Positions 9,272-19,491 of a stretch of DNA of 64,000 nt are shown one piece after another. The stretch comes from Verrucomicrobiia bacterium. GTDB taxonomy: Bacteria > Verrucomicrobiota > Verrucomicrobiia > Limisphaerales > UBA1319. The translations under genes were made by a program, and so were the position numbers. How positions within the stretch are numbered: the stretch's first letter is position 1; every line of letters starts with the position of its first letter. The stretch covers positions 4,320,001 through 4,384,000 of the forward strand of contig OY760937.1 in NCBI GenBank assembly GCA_963664225.1, read 5' to 3'. Below the pieces are notes generated by a model. That model was not told the DNA's origin. It worked only from the letters and a program-made list of their open reading frames with translations, and ran no database searches.

Positions 9272-11323
9272 CTATTTTGCAGATTCCATTTTTTTGAGGG
9301 CTTCGGCTGAGGCTTGCGGATGTTGCGCCTTGATATCGTTGGCGATTTTCTTCACCGCCAGAGCCGCCTCGGCGCGAACGCCCGGGATGTCCAGGAGAGG
9401 CAGCGCGATCTCCAGGGCTTCGGGTTGCGCGGCCACGGTCAGGGCGCTGAGGACCAGTTTGCGTTCGTCATCGGTGCGAACCCCCGCGAGGATCATTCGG
9501 TAGTGCTCAAAGAGCGCCGGGCTGGGATGGGCGTTTTCCTCGGCCACAAGTCGCACGAGCCCGCGCAGTGCCAGGGTTCGCTGCGAATCGTCCGACGGCT
9601 TTTGATAGAAGCCGACCAGCGCATTCCAGGCTGTGGCATCGGGCCAAGCGGCGATGGCCTCAATGGCGGTGTTACGAATCTGCGGTTGCGCATCCTGAGA
9701 CGCCTTCTGCAGTGCGGCAAAAGCCGTCTGATCCCCGCAGACGGGCAATAAGCGAATCAGGGAACAACGGGTGGCCACAACGGTGTTGGCATCCAGCGCG
9801 GCGCACACGGCTTGCGTGCGTTTGGCGGCATCGGGAGTTTTTTGCAGGATTTGCATCGCCGCGTTCTCCGCGGCCGGGCGCGTATCGTCGGCATGCAACT
9901 GGACCAATGCGTTGATTACTGCGGTCAAATTCTCCGGCTCAGCGGTTTTCTCCAGTCCTTGAAATGCTGCACGGGCGATGATGGCATTGGTTGAGGAGGA
10001 TTCCTCCAATAGGACGGGAACCGCCAGGTGACTGCGGCGTCGGGCCAGCGCGGAAATCAAGGTCGGCTTGGCCGTGCTGATGGCTTTGCGCAGTTCTCCA
10101 ATGATGGAGCGTGTGGCGGTGTCCCCACCGGGCAGACTCGCAATTGCCTGCTCCAAGGCCTGACGCTCCTGTGGACTGGCCTGATTGGCCAGGGCAGTGG
10201 TGAGCAGTGGCAGCACGGAGGAATCACCATACTGTCCCATGGCCGTGATGGCCGCCAGACGCGGTCCGGGTTCCGTCGAGGCAATTTGCCGACCCACGGC
10301 GCGCAGTGAGGGCAAATCCCCTCGTTGTGCAAGGGCCTGGATCATCAGGACCTGATCCTCGGGATTCAATTTGGGCAATTCACTCGCAAAGGCATCGGAC
10401 GCCTCGGCATTGGTAACCGCAGGCACGGCAGCGATCGCTGTCGGGACAAGCCGGGGATCGGCTCCGCGCAAAGAGCGTAATATTCTTTCCTGGCCGCCGT
10501 CCTTGTCCAAGCGGAATAGTGCGATCAACGCTCCGCGCCGGACATGCAGGGGTTGGGACGTGCCCATCAACCCTTCGTAGAGGGATCGGGCGGCATCGGT
10601 CTGGCCTGCGGCGGCAATCTGCGCGGCCTTTCTCAGAAAGGCTTCTGCAACGGCCAGGGACAATTCGGACTTCGATGATTTGCGGATGGAATACAAGGCG
10701 TTGATGGCGTCGTCTCCCGGGATTTTCCCCAATGCCACCACGGCCGCTCCAGCCACGACCATGTCAGCATCCTCCGCGAGATCTTTCAATGCAGTCACGG
10801 AGGCGGTGTCCTGCATGTCTCCGAGTGTGGAGATGATTTGCAGCCGTGCCGCGCCTGTGGATGTCGGCAAGGCCTTGCGAAGGACTTCCCCGGCTTTGGT
10901 CGATGGATGGGACGCCAGGGCCAGGCACGCAATACCAACGGTGTCGTTGTTGCCGAGCAATGTTGCGATGGCCTCCAGCGAAGTATCCGTGCCGATCACC
11001 GCCAGTTGACCGCACACGAAGCGCTTGGCTTCAATGGAGGCCGGGCTTGCGATGAACTTGTCCAGGGAGTTTTCAATCGAAGCCAGTGCGGCAGAGTCGC
11101 CAACGGATTGGCGCACCAGTGTCTCGATCTGGCGCAAGGCGTCCATCGAATCGCCCGATTGGTATTGCGCGGCTTTCGCCAGGGCATCGTTGATGGAGCC
11201 TGGTCCGTTGAACGGAATCGAGAATGCGACGGCCACCATGCAAAGTGCGGGTGCCATCAGTTTGCAGAGCGTTGCGCGCAGGACAGGCATCGTCAAATTG
11301 CGGGTAAAGGATTTAAAATTCAT
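9272..11323 (-). CDS. Secreted HEAT-repeat protein
   Basis: Hydrophobic N-terminus and repeated Ala/Leu-rich helical pairs (AAVVALGKI, AAITAMGQYG). Start uncertain; the track gives 11395. Confidence 0.8.
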   Translation of the reverse strand: MNFKSFTRNLTMPVLRATLCKLMAPALCMVAVAFSIPFNGPGSINDALAKAAQYQSGDSMDALRQIETLVRQSVGDSAALASIENSLDKFIASPASIEAKRFVCGQLAVIGTDTSLEAIATLLGNNDTVGIACLALASHPSTKAGEVLRKALPTSTGAARLQIISTLGDMQDTASVTALKDLAEDADMVVAGAAVVALGKIPGDDAINALYSIRKSSKSELSLAVAEAFLRKAAQIAAAGQTDAARSLYEGLMGTSQPLHVRRGALIALFRLDKDGGQERILRSLRGADPRLVPTAIAAVPAVTNAEASDAFASELPKLNPEDQVLMIQALAQRGDLPSLRAVGRQIASTEPGPRLAAITAMGQYGDSSVLPLLTTALANQASPQERQALEQAIASLPGGDTATRSIIGELRKAISTAKPTLISALARRRSHLAVPVLLEESSSTNAIIARAAFQGLEKTAEPENLTAVINALVQLHADDTRPAAENAAMQILQKTPDAAKRTQAVCAALDANTVVATRCSLIRLLPVCGDQTAFAALQKASQDAQPQIRNTAIEAIAAWPDATAWNALVGFYQKPSDDSQRTLALRGLVRLVAEENAHPSPALFEHYRMILAGVRTDDERKLVLSALTVAAQPEALEIALPLLDIPGVRAEAALAVKKIANDIKAQHPQASAEALKKMESAK

Positions 11324-11382
11324 AACACCTTTTTGCAAAAATCTGGGTTGGTAATGTTTATGATCGGTTCCAGTCGTGGAGT

Positions 11383-12681
11383 TCAGACACGCCACGGTGC
11401 GCGCGGTTCCCGCCAGAGCATGCCGTTGGCCGTTTCGGAATCAAAACGCTCCGCCACTGGGTCCCATTGCAGCTTGAGGCCGAGGCGCAGCGCGATGTTC
11501 CAGGCCTGGCAGATGGTGACGGCCCGGTGCGCGACTTCGGGATGGCACTGGGCCAGCGTGCGGGAGCGGATGGAATCGAGCAAATTGCGGATGTGCGATC
11601 CGGCATTGGCCCAACTCGCGCCGCCGGGCTGCCTCAGGCTGACGATGGATTTGGGTTCTGCGGTGACGACATCGGTCTCGTCGTCCACCTGGATCCAGCC
11701 TTCATCGCCGATGTAGCGGATATAGCGATCCGTGAATCCGGCCCGTTGAAACATGACGCCCTTGACGCCGTTGGCGTATTTGCAAACCGCCTCGGCCGTC
11801 AGCGGGGTGTCGCTCGCGAATTTGGTGGGATCGGGAAACTCGCCCTTGGCTTCAAAGGAAACGGGCCCGGTGTCGTCGGTGCCCAGCAGCCATTGCATCT
11901 GGTCGGTGTAATGACAGCCCATATCGGTGATCATGCCTTCCGCGGTGTCGTAAAAATATTGCCAGCCATTCACGCGGGAGGGGACAAACGGCTGCCATGG
12001 AACCTGACCGAGCCACATGTCATAATTCCAACCTTGCGGCGGCGGCACGGATTTTTCGATGGGGATGCCTGTTCCGGTCCACACCTGCATTTCCACCGTG
12101 TGCAGGCGTCCGATTTTGCCCTGATGCACCATATTCCGGGCGAACTGGTAGGATTCCGTGTCGCGGCGCTGCGTGCCCGCCTGATAGATCGTGCCGAACC
12201 GCTGGCAGGTTTGCACCAGATTGCGGCCTTCACGGATGGTGAGGGAGACGGGTTTTTCGCAGTAAATATCCTTGCCGGCGCGCGCGGCGAACATCGAGGC
12301 CATGGCATGCCAGCGGTTGCCCGTGGCAATCAAGACCGCGTCGATGTCTTTTTGGCCTAGCAGATCCCGGAACTCGGGATAAGTGCGGCAATCCTTGGTC
12401 TGGTAGTGCGCGTTGACGTAATCCCTGGCGGCGAGCATCCGGTCCTCACGACAATCCGAAATCGCGACCCACTGGATTTCCTTGAAGCCTAGAAAATTGG
12501 GCATGATATCCCGCGCACGATTGCCCGCGCCGATCAGGCCAAAGGTGACACGGTTGCTGGGAGCGGGGCGACCGTCCAGGCCAAGGGCCGAGGCCGGGAT
12601 GAAGGTGGGCAGTGCGGCAGCGAGGGCCGCGCCTTTTAGAAATTGCCGCCGGTTGATGGGCTTTGAGTTCATATTTCTCAT
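11383..12681 (-). CDS. Tat-exported Gfo/Idh/MocA oxidoreductase
   Basis: NRRQFLK Tat motif, GLIGAGNR, DAVLIAT, DIYCEKP, QAGTQRR, DMGCH. Confidence 0.92.
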   Translation of the reverse strand: MRNMNSKPINRRQFLKGAALAAALPTFIPASALGLDGRPAPSNRVTFGLIGAGNRARDIMPNFLGFKEIQWVAISDCREDRMLAARDYVNAHYQTKDCRTYPEFRDLLGQKDIDAVLIATGNRWHAMASMFAARAGKDIYCEKPVSLTIREGRNLVQTCQRFGTIYQAGTQRRDTESYQFARNMVHQGKIGRLHTVEMQVWTGTGIPIEKSVPPPQGWNYDMWLGQVPWQPFVPSRVNGWQYFYDTAEGMITDMGCHYTDQMQWLLGTDDTGPVSFEAKGEFPDPTKFASDTPLTAEAVCKYANGVKGVMFQRAGFTDRYIRYIGDEGWIQVDDETDVVTAEPKSIVSLRQPGGASWANAGSHIRNLLDSIRSRTLAQCHPEVAHRAVTICQAWNIALRLGLKLQWDPVAERFDSETANGMLWREPRAPWRV

Positions 12682-12831
12682 GGATCCTCCGACTCGGGTT
12701 TTTAAATGGAATCGCGTGTGGCTGAATTTGACATCAGACGGTCAAAACGGTCAAGTGACGAACCGATCTGAAGAACAATTCTTCCCATTATGAGTTTGCC
12801 TTCTTGCATGGTTTATTGGCATAAGCTCATC

Positions 12832-14304
12832 ATGAATTCCTTATTAAATTCAGCATTCACGGCGCGAGGATTTGCCATGGCAATGTTGGTCGCCCTCTTT
12901 TGTTTATCCAGCAGCCGCGGTAATGCAATCCCCCTGCCTGAACTCTCCAAGGAATCCAGGATGTGCATCGATTGCCATGCGAACGAAACGCGCGGCATTT
13001 ACCAGGAGTGGGGGACCTCCAAACATTTTCGCGGCAATGTGGGTTGCTATGAATGCCACCAGTCGGAGGCAGGCAAGCCCGGCGCGATGGATCACAACGG
13101 ATTCACCATCAGCATCATTGTATCGCCCAAGGACTGCTCCCGCTGCCATCCAACGGAGGTCCGGCAATTCAGCGAAAGTCACCATGCCAAGGCGGCTGAA
13201 ATCCTGGGATCGCTGGACAATTACCTCGCGGACATCGTCGAGGGGGACACGAATTTTCATGGAATGTCCGCTCTAAGCGTGAGTGGTTGCGCGCAGTGCC
13301 ATGGTAGTGTGGTGCAGGCCAACAAGGACGGTTCCCTCAAATCAACCGACTGGCCGAACACGGGAGTGGGCCGCATCAATCCGGATGGCAGCATCGGCGC
13401 GTGCAGCGCCTGCCACCTGCGACACGCATTTTCCGCCGAGCAGGCGCGTCAGCCTGAAAATTGCACGCGCTGTCACCAGGGCCCGGACCATCCACAGAAG
13501 GAAATCTTTGAGGAATCCAAACATGGCATCGCCTATGCCGCGCATAAAAAGGATCTAAAGCTCGATAACGCCAAATGGGTTTTGGGTGAAGATTACACGG
13601 CGGCCCCAACCTGCGCCACCTGCCACATGTCCGCCGTCAAACCGAAAGATGGCGACATCATGCCTGTTAATCACAATGTCGGGTTGCGCATCAGTTGGAA
13701 TAACCGGCCCCAGACATCCATTCGCCCGGAGGTTGCAGACGCCAAACTGGGTCTGGAGAAAATGGCGAAGATGGAATGGAAAACACGCCGCGCTGAAATG
13801 GTCAAGGTTTGCACGGTTTGTCACGCGAGCGGTCAGGTCAATAATTTCTACGAGCAGTATGACGGGGTGGTCGACCTCTACAATTCCAAATTCGGCCAGC
13901 CCGGTGTGAATTTCATGAAACTCCTGTCCGAGAATAAACTCATCACGGATACACAATTTGACGAACCGATCGAGTGGACCTGGTATGAATTGTGGCATCA
14001 TGAAGGACGGCGTGCCCGACATGGCGCCTCGATGATGGGGCCGGATTTCACGCACTGGCACGGCCTTTACGAGGTGGGCAAGCATTGGTACACCGAGTTC
14101 ATTCCGCAGCTTCGGGAAATCTCCGCAAAGAATCTCCACTCCGATGATCCCGCGAAGGTGGAAGGCGCAAAGAAACTGGACACCGCCATCAACGAGCTTC
14201 TGGCCAGACCAGAGCATCGCTGGTTTACCGGGAAAATGTCGTCGGAAGACCTGGAAAAACGCAGGAAAGCCCAGGAAGAATTCAAGCAGCGGTATTCAAA
14301 ATAG
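12832..14304 (+). CDS. Octaheme cytochrome c of the hydroxylamine oxidoreductase family
   Basis: Signal peptide; eight CxxCH motifs (CIDCH, CYECH, CSRCH, CAQCH, CSACH, CTRCH, CATCH, CTVCH); GPDHPQKEIFEESKHG and LWHHEGRRARHGASMMGPDFTHWHG. Confidence 0.88.
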   Translation: MNSLLNSAFTARGFAMAMLVALFCLSSSRGNAIPLPELSKESRMCIDCHANETRGIYQEWGTSKHFRGNVGCYECHQSEAGKPGAMDHNGFTISIIVSPKDCSRCHPTEVRQFSESHHAKAAEILGSLDNYLADIVEGDTNFHGMSALSVSGCAQCHGSVVQANKDGSLKSTDWPNTGVGRINPDGSIGACSACHLRHAFSAEQARQPENCTRCHQGPDHPQKEIFEESKHGIAYAAHKKDLKLDNAKWVLGEDYTAAPTCATCHMSAVKPKDGDIMPVNHNVGLRISWNNRPQTSIRPEVADAKLGLEKMAKMEWKTRRAEMVKVCTVCHASGQVNNFYEQYDGVVDLYNSKFGQPGVNFMKLLSENKLITDTQFDEPIEWTWYELWHHEGRRARHGASMMGPDFTHWHGLYEVGKHWYTEFIPQLREISAKNLHSDDPAKVEGAKKLDTAINELLARPEHRWFTGKMSSEDLEKRRKAQEEFKQRYSK

Positions 14305-14642
14305 TCCGCAGGCGTCGCACGACAAATTACTTAAGAAAGTCCAAAAAGGCTTTAAACGCCATGGAGGTGTGTCCGGGGCTTTGTCATTGTAGCCGGGTGC
14401 CCCCACCCGGCGTCCCCGGCCCGGTGTATCGCAATCAAAAGCTCCATGGCAGACATTGGTTTGCGACCACCGTGACGTTCGTGGTAGGGCGTGCAGTCCT
14501 CTGCGCGCCGTTGGGGGTAACACATTGCAGGCCCGGGCGTCCCCGGCCCGGTGTATCGCAATCAAAAGCTCCATGGCAGACATTGGTTTGCGACCACTGA
14601 GGTTGCTTCGATTTGACGGACACAGGAGCGGAGCGAAACTTA

Positions 14643-14996
14643 ATGAAAAACCGTATGAAGCAATCTGTGATTCCCGATTCCAAGACTCATCCGAAGTATG
14701 ATTCTGCATTTAAGCAGGAAGCCGTGAACCTCTGGAAATCCAGCGGGAAATCGGCAGCCACGGTGGCGGCTGAGTTGGGGATAAAAATGGAGCGGCTCTA
14801 TGCCTGGCGCGCAAAATATGTGCCGCTGCCAACAGGGGAAGGAGCCGAAACAAAGACCCGTGAGCAGTTGCTGGCCGACAATGCCGCTTTGTTGCGCGAA
14901 CTGGACTATGTGCGCCAGCAGCGGGAGATTCTAAAAAAAACGTTGGGAATTCTTTCGGACCCCCAGAGCAACGCTATCAACGGGTTGAAGCGATGA
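14643..14996 (+). CDS. IS3 OrfA (HTH)
   Basis: KYDSAFKQEAV...VAAELGI...LYAWR and EILKK; A8 slippery run at 14933-14940 suits a -1 frameshift. Confidence 0.9.
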   Translation: MKNRMKQSVIPDSKTHPKYDSAFKQEAVNLWKSSGKSAATVAAELGIKMERLYAWRAKYVPLPTGEGAETKTREQLLADNAALLRELDYVRQQREILKKTLGILSDPQSNAINGLKR

Positions 14997-15835
14997 AAGT
15001 CGATCATCCCATCCGCCTGCTCTGTGAGGCCTTTGATGTGTCTTTTAGCGGCTACTATGATTGGTGCCGACGGCAAATCCAGCCTTCGTTGCGTGCCCGT
15101 CAGGACGCCGTATTGAAAGGGACCATCACAACGATTTTCAATGGCAGCCGCAAAACCTATGGCAGCCCGCGCATCCAGATCGCCTTGAAGCACCAGGGGC
15201 ACTGCCATGGTCGCAACCACATCGCCCGTTTAATGCGCCAGGAAGGCCTGCAGGCGCGTTCTAAAAAGCGTTTCAAGGTCCGAACCACCGACAGCAATCA
15301 TGATCAGCCCATTGCCCCCAACCGGCTGGCTCAAGCCGCGCCACCGGACCAACGCAATCAGACTTGGGTCGGGGACATCACCTACATTGCCACCGATGAA
15401 GGCTGGCTCTATCTCGCTGGCATTGAAGACCTTTACAGCCGCCGCATCGTGGGTTGGGGCATGAGCGAGCACATTGACACCGAACTGGTCCTGTCGGCCT
15501 GGAACATGGCCTGCATTCAGCGGCAACCCGAACCCGGATTGCTCTTTCATTCAGACCGGGGAGTCCAGTATGCCAGTCAGGATTATCGCCGGGCGATGGA
15601 AACCTCCGGTGCCCTGGCGAGCATGAGCCGCAGTGGCAACTGCTATGACAACGCGGCCATGGAATCCTTTTGGAGCACCCTTAAACAAGAACTGGTTTAT
15701 CGCCGGGTCTTTGCGACCCGAGCCCAGGCCCGACAGGCCATCTTTGATTACATCGAGACCTTCTATAATCGACAGCGTTTACACAGCACACTCAATTACA
15801 TGTCTCCTGTTGACTTTGAAAATATATCCAAATAA
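14993..15835 (+). CDS. IS3 OrfB DDE transposase
   Basis: YGSPRI, WVGDITYI, DLYSRRIVGW, HSDRGVQY, GNCYDNAAMESFWSTLKQE, YNRQRLHSTL. Confidence 0.95.
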   Translation: MKVDHPIRLLCEAFDVSFSGYYDWCRRQIQPSLRARQDAVLKGTITTIFNGSRKTYGSPRIQIALKHQGHCHGRNHIARLMRQEGLQARSKKRFKVRTTDSNHDQPIAPNRLAQAAPPDQRNQTWVGDITYIATDEGWLYLAGIEDLYSRRIVGWGMSEHIDTELVLSAWNMACIQRQPEPGLLFHSDRGVQYASQDYRRAMETSGALASMSRSGNCYDNAAMESFWSTLKQELVYRRVFATRAQARQAIFDYIETFYNRQRLHSTLNYMSPVDFENISK

Positions 15836-16204
15836 CCTATATGTGTCTTCTGTGTCCGATTTATCGAAGCAAGCCCACACCGTGACGTTCGTGGTAGGGC
15901 GTGCAGTCCTCTGCGCGCCGTTGGGAGTAACACATTGTAGGCCCGGGCGTCCCCGGCCCGGTGTATCGCAATCAAAAGTTTCATGGGTGAGTCGGAGAGA
16001 GTTGTTCTCCATTAATATTCCAGCCATCGGTTTGCGGAAAGGCAATGCACACGCGCGCTGGTGAATGAACCGACCCCGCGATTCTTCTCCCTCTCCTGCG
16101 CCAGCGGGAGAGGGTGCGGGGTGAGGGCGCCCTTTTCATATTCCCGTTCGCTTCCAAAACGAAACCGGCAAGAGCGGAGAGTCAGAGGCAGCTTGTGCCT
16201 TCCC

Positions 16205-17845
16205 TCAATCCTCGCGGAATTTTTGGGCGATGGGAATGCGCCGACCGATGCCGAAGGCCTTGGTGGTCACTTTTAAACCGGGCGCGGCCTGACGGCGTTT
16301 GTATTCGGAAATATTGATCAGCCGCACGATGCGTTGAATCACCGCGGGATCGTAACCCGCGGCGGCCATCTCAGCCTGGGATTTGCCTTGCACGACATAG
16401 GCTTCGAGAATGGCGTCGAGCACTTCGTAAGGCGGCAGTGAATCCTGATCGGTCTGGTTCGGCCGCAACTCCGCTGAAGGCGGTTTGGTAATCGAAGCGG
16501 CGGGAATGATTTCGCGCTCGCGATTGATCCATTGGGACAGGCGATAGACCGTCATTTTGGGAAGGTCATTGATGACTGCCAATCCGCCGCACATGTCCCC
16601 ATACAAGGTGCAATAGCCAACGGCCATTTCGCTTTTGTTTCCCGTGGTCAGGACCAGGGATCCAAACTTGTTGGACATCGCCATGAGTATGACCCCGCGC
16701 AGCCGGGCTTGAATATTCTCCTCGGTGGTGTCTTCGGGGCGGCCCGCAAACACGTCCTTGAGCTGATCTTTTACGGCGAGGAATCCCGGTTGGATGGGAA
16801 TCACATCGTAGCGAATGCCGAGGTTTTTCGCCAGTGAACGCGCGTCGTCCAGGCTGCCTTGGGAGGAGAATTGCGAAGGCAGGGAAATGCCATGCACATT
16901 GTCCGGTCCCAACGCTTCCGCCGCCAGACAGGCCACCAACGCGGAATCGATGCCGCCGCTCAAGCCCAGCACGGCTTTTTTGAAACCGCATTTATGGAGG
17001 TAATCCCGCACGCCAAGCACCAGGGCGTGATAAAGTTTTTCCTCGTTGGCGCTTTGTTCCGGCACGATGGCTGGGGTTTGGGCCTCGGTGTCGAGGACGA
17101 CATAATCCTCCTCAAACAGCCGCCCCTGGGCCGTGAGTTGGCCCTGGGCATTGAAGGCCAGGCTGCCGCCGTCAAAGATGAGCTCGTCATTCCCGCCCAC
17201 GAGGTTGCAGTAAACGACCGGCTTGCCCACCTTGGAAGCAAGGCTGGAAAGCATGTCAAACCGGGTTTTGTTTTTGCCCAGATGCCAGGGCGACGCTGAA
17301 ATATTAAAAAGGATCTGTGCGCCGGCTTCGATGAGTTCGATGGCTGGATTGCGACGGTACCGGCGTTCGGGCCAGAAATCCTCGTCGTTCCAGATGTCTT
17401 CGCAAATGGTCAGTCCGATTTTGACGCCGTTGAACTCGACGGGTTTGTTTTCCACGCCCGGCTCGAAATAGCGGTCCTCGTCAAAAACATCGTAGGTGGG
17501 CAGGAGCGTCTTGGTGCGGGCGGCGAGCAGGCGGCCATCCTGGAGGAGTGCCACGGAATTGAAGGCCTCGCGTCCGGGTCGCTTGGCGTTCTGGCCCACA
17601 TAGCCGACCAGCAGACCCGTTTTGTCCGTGATGGCGGCCAGTCGATGCAGTGCGGCAAGATTCCTCGGGATAAAGGCGTTCTTCAATAGCAAATCCCTCG
17701 GAGGATAGCCCGCAATGGCTAGTTCTGGAAGGACCACCAGATCGACCCCCAGTTCCTGACCGCGACGATAGGCGGCCAGAATGCGGGCTTCGTTGCCTTC
17801 AATGTCGCCAACGGTGGTGTTGATTTGTGCGAGTGCGATTTTCAC
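16205..17845 (-). CDS. nadE: Glutamine-dependent NAD+ synthetase
   Basis: Nitrilase domain (PELAIAGYPPRD, ICEDIW) plus LGLSGGIDSA, ENIQARLRG, TGNKSE, PPSAELRPNQ. Confidence 0.95.
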   Translation of the reverse strand: MKIALAQINTTVGDIEGNEARILAAYRRGQELGVDLVVLPELAIAGYPPRDLLLKNAFIPRNLAALHRLAAITDKTGLLVGYVGQNAKRPGREAFNSVALLQDGRLLAARTKTLLPTYDVFDEDRYFEPGVENKPVEFNGVKIGLTICEDIWNDEDFWPERRYRRNPAIELIEAGAQILFNISASPWHLGKNKTRFDMLSSLASKVGKPVVYCNLVGGNDELIFDGGSLAFNAQGQLTAQGRLFEEDYVVLDTEAQTPAIVPEQSANEEKLYHALVLGVRDYLHKCGFKKAVLGLSGGIDSALVACLAAEALGPDNVHGISLPSQFSSQGSLDDARSLAKNLGIRYDVIPIQPGFLAVKDQLKDVFAGRPEDTTEENIQARLRGVILMAMSNKFGSLVLTTGNKSEMAVGYCTLYGDMCGGLAVINDLPKMTVYRLSQWINREREIIPAASITKPPSAELRPNQTDQDSLPPYEVLDAILEAYVVQGKSQAEMAAAGYDPAVIQRIVRLINISEYKRRQAAPGLKVTTKAFGIGRRIPIAQKFRED

Positions 17846-17848
17846 GTT

Positions 17849-18370
17849 TTATCTCCCGCGGAAAAAGAGATCCGCCAGCGAGGCCCCTTGCGCGCTGACC
17901 ACCATTCCAGTCGTCGCGTTGTTGCGTGCGAACCAGCCTTGAGCCGTTTCAAGGACGTAGCGCACTTGATCCGAATTGGCCTGAACGGATGTTTCGTCGA
18001 GGGGCTTCAAGTCGTGGATTTCCAGGATGACACCGTCGCTGTCGAGGTAGGCGCAGGAAAGGGGAACGGTGGTGTTGCGCATCCAGAAAGCCGCCTGATG
18101 AGGCACAGGAAACACGAAGAGCATGGCTTCGTTCTCGGCAATGCTTTTGCGGAACATCATGCCGGTCTGGAGCTGGATCGATGTGCGCGCCACTTCGGTT
18201 GCCAATTCCTTCGAGCCGATGAAGAGTTTCAGGATCGGCAATTTCGCTTGGGCCGCCGTTGGACTCGAGGAGTCAGTCGCCGGGCCGGTGGTCTTGTCCG
18301 CCTTCTTCTGACAACCCGCGCCGAGGGCGACGGCGAGCAGCACGATCCATAGGGAAGATAAAATCTTCAT
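17849..18370 (-). CDS. DUF192 family lipoprotein
   Basis: Lipobox LGAGC; GMMFRK, MLFVFP, FWMRNTTVPL, YVLE. Confidence 0.88.
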   Translation of the reverse strand: MKILSSLWIVLLAVALGAGCQKKADKTTGPATDSSSPTAAQAKLPILKLFIGSKELATEVARTSIQLQTGMMFRKSIAENEAMLFVFPVPHQAAFWMRNTTVPLSCAYLDSDGVILEIHDLKPLDETSVQANSDQVRYVLETAQGWFARNNATTGMVVSAQGASLADLFFRGR

Positions 18371-18438
18371 GACCAAAGCATGCGGAGGAACGCCGATCTT
18401 TTCAACAGCAGAACGCTCCCCTTGTTTTTCGCGACGTC

Positions 18439-19491
18439 CTAATGCAAATGTTGATCCATCCACGCCTGTAAATTTTCCCACATCACCGGGGTGCAGGCGT
18501 GGCCAATGCCGGGGTAGAGGATGTTTTGAAAGGCTTCCTCCCGGCCATGCAACCGATAGACCGGTTTAACAGCCTCACCGATCGCCACAACGCCATCCGC
18601 AGGCGAACCAGCATCCTGGTCACCGGTCATGAACAACATGGGACGGGGCGCGGCGCAGGCCACCACGGCTTCCGTATCGAAATGACGCAGCATTCCGGGC
18701 ACGAAATAATAGATCCCGTGTGCGGAGAGGGATTCGTGTGCGATGAGGTTCTGGTAACGCGTCATGCAGGCCATGGGCACGCCGGTCCGCGGGCGGTCGT
18801 CCAGGGCCATCATCCACCAGGTGCGCGTGGCGCCCATGCTGATGCCGGTGACTCCAATACGGGCGGGATCCACCTCGGGTCGCGAGCAGAGATAATCCAG
18901 GGCCATCAAATCGTCCCTCACGATCATGCCCCACAAGGTTCGGCCGAGCCAGAGGTTGAATTTGCTCGCGGTGGATTCCCCGTCACAGCCCACCGCTTTG
19001 GAACCGCCCGGTCCCTTGCCATTGCGTTCGCCGAAACAGCAGGCGTCTATCGCCATGACCGCATAGCCGCGCCTGGCGAACATCGGTCCCGGCGCTTCCG
19101 GGGTATGTGCCTTCTGGAAAATCTCCTCCTTGCCAATGGAGTATTCATCGCCGTGCCAATGACAATACAGTATGGCCGGATGCAGTGTCGTGCCTCCCTT
19201 GGGCAGTAATAAATAGCCGGGCACCTGCGCCCCCGCGCCGTTGTCGAACTCGAATTTTTCCACCACGTAATCGCCGCGATCTTCACGCGAGAGCGTCTTG
19301 ATCACGGGCCTGGTGGGACGCGGCGGCAGCGCCCCCAATAGCTCCCACAAACGCGCGCGAATTTCCTTCTTTTGGCTCTCCCACGCGGAGAGGGTGGGTG
19401 GGACAATCAATTGCGGAGTGGCGGTCGTTTTCTCCCATTCGAGTTGCCACGCCGACTTGCCTTCCTGTGCCTGGATGTTTGTGGTGCCCAT
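18439..19491 (-). CDS. Alpha/beta hydrolase (dienelactone hydrolase/acetyl-esterase-like)
   Basis: PAILYCHWHG, LDYLCSRPEVDPARIGVTGISMGA (GxSxG), PRPML, GIGH. The track's longer N-terminus runs through repeat DNA. Confidence 0.85.
   Translation of the reverse strand: MGTTNIQAQEGKSAWQLEWEKTTATPQLIVPPTLSAWESQKKEIRARLWELLGALPPRPTRPVIKTLSREDRGDYVVEKFEFDNGAGAQVPGYLLLPKGGTTLHPAILYCHWHGDEYSIGKEEIFQKAHTPEAPGPMFARRGYAVMAIDACCFGERNGKGPGGSKAVGCDGESTASKFNLWLGRTLWGMIVRDDLMALDYLCSRPEVDPARIGVTGISMGATRTWWMMALDDRPRTGVPMACMTRYQNLIAHESLSAHGIYYFVPGMLRHFDTEAVVACAAPRPMLFMTGDQDAGSPADGVVAIGEAVKPVYRLHGREEAFQNILYPGIGHACTPVMWENLQAWMDQHLH

Larger units (their letters stand above)
14598..15877 (+). mobile_element. IS3-family insertion sequence, 1280 bp
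   Basis: TG...CA ends. Left IR TGAGGTTGCTTCGATTTGACGGACAC; right IR (reverse complement) TGGGCTTGCTTCGATAAATCGGACAC. 3-bp target duplication CAC at 14595-14597 and 15878-15880. Confidence 0.95.
14409..15977. repeat. Tandem array of a 127-bp REP-containing unit, interrupted by IS3
   Basis: GGCGTCCCCGGCCCGGTGTATCGCAATCAAAAG starts at 14409, 14536 and ~15946; each unit contains GTAG-led palindromes. Confidence 0.85.
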
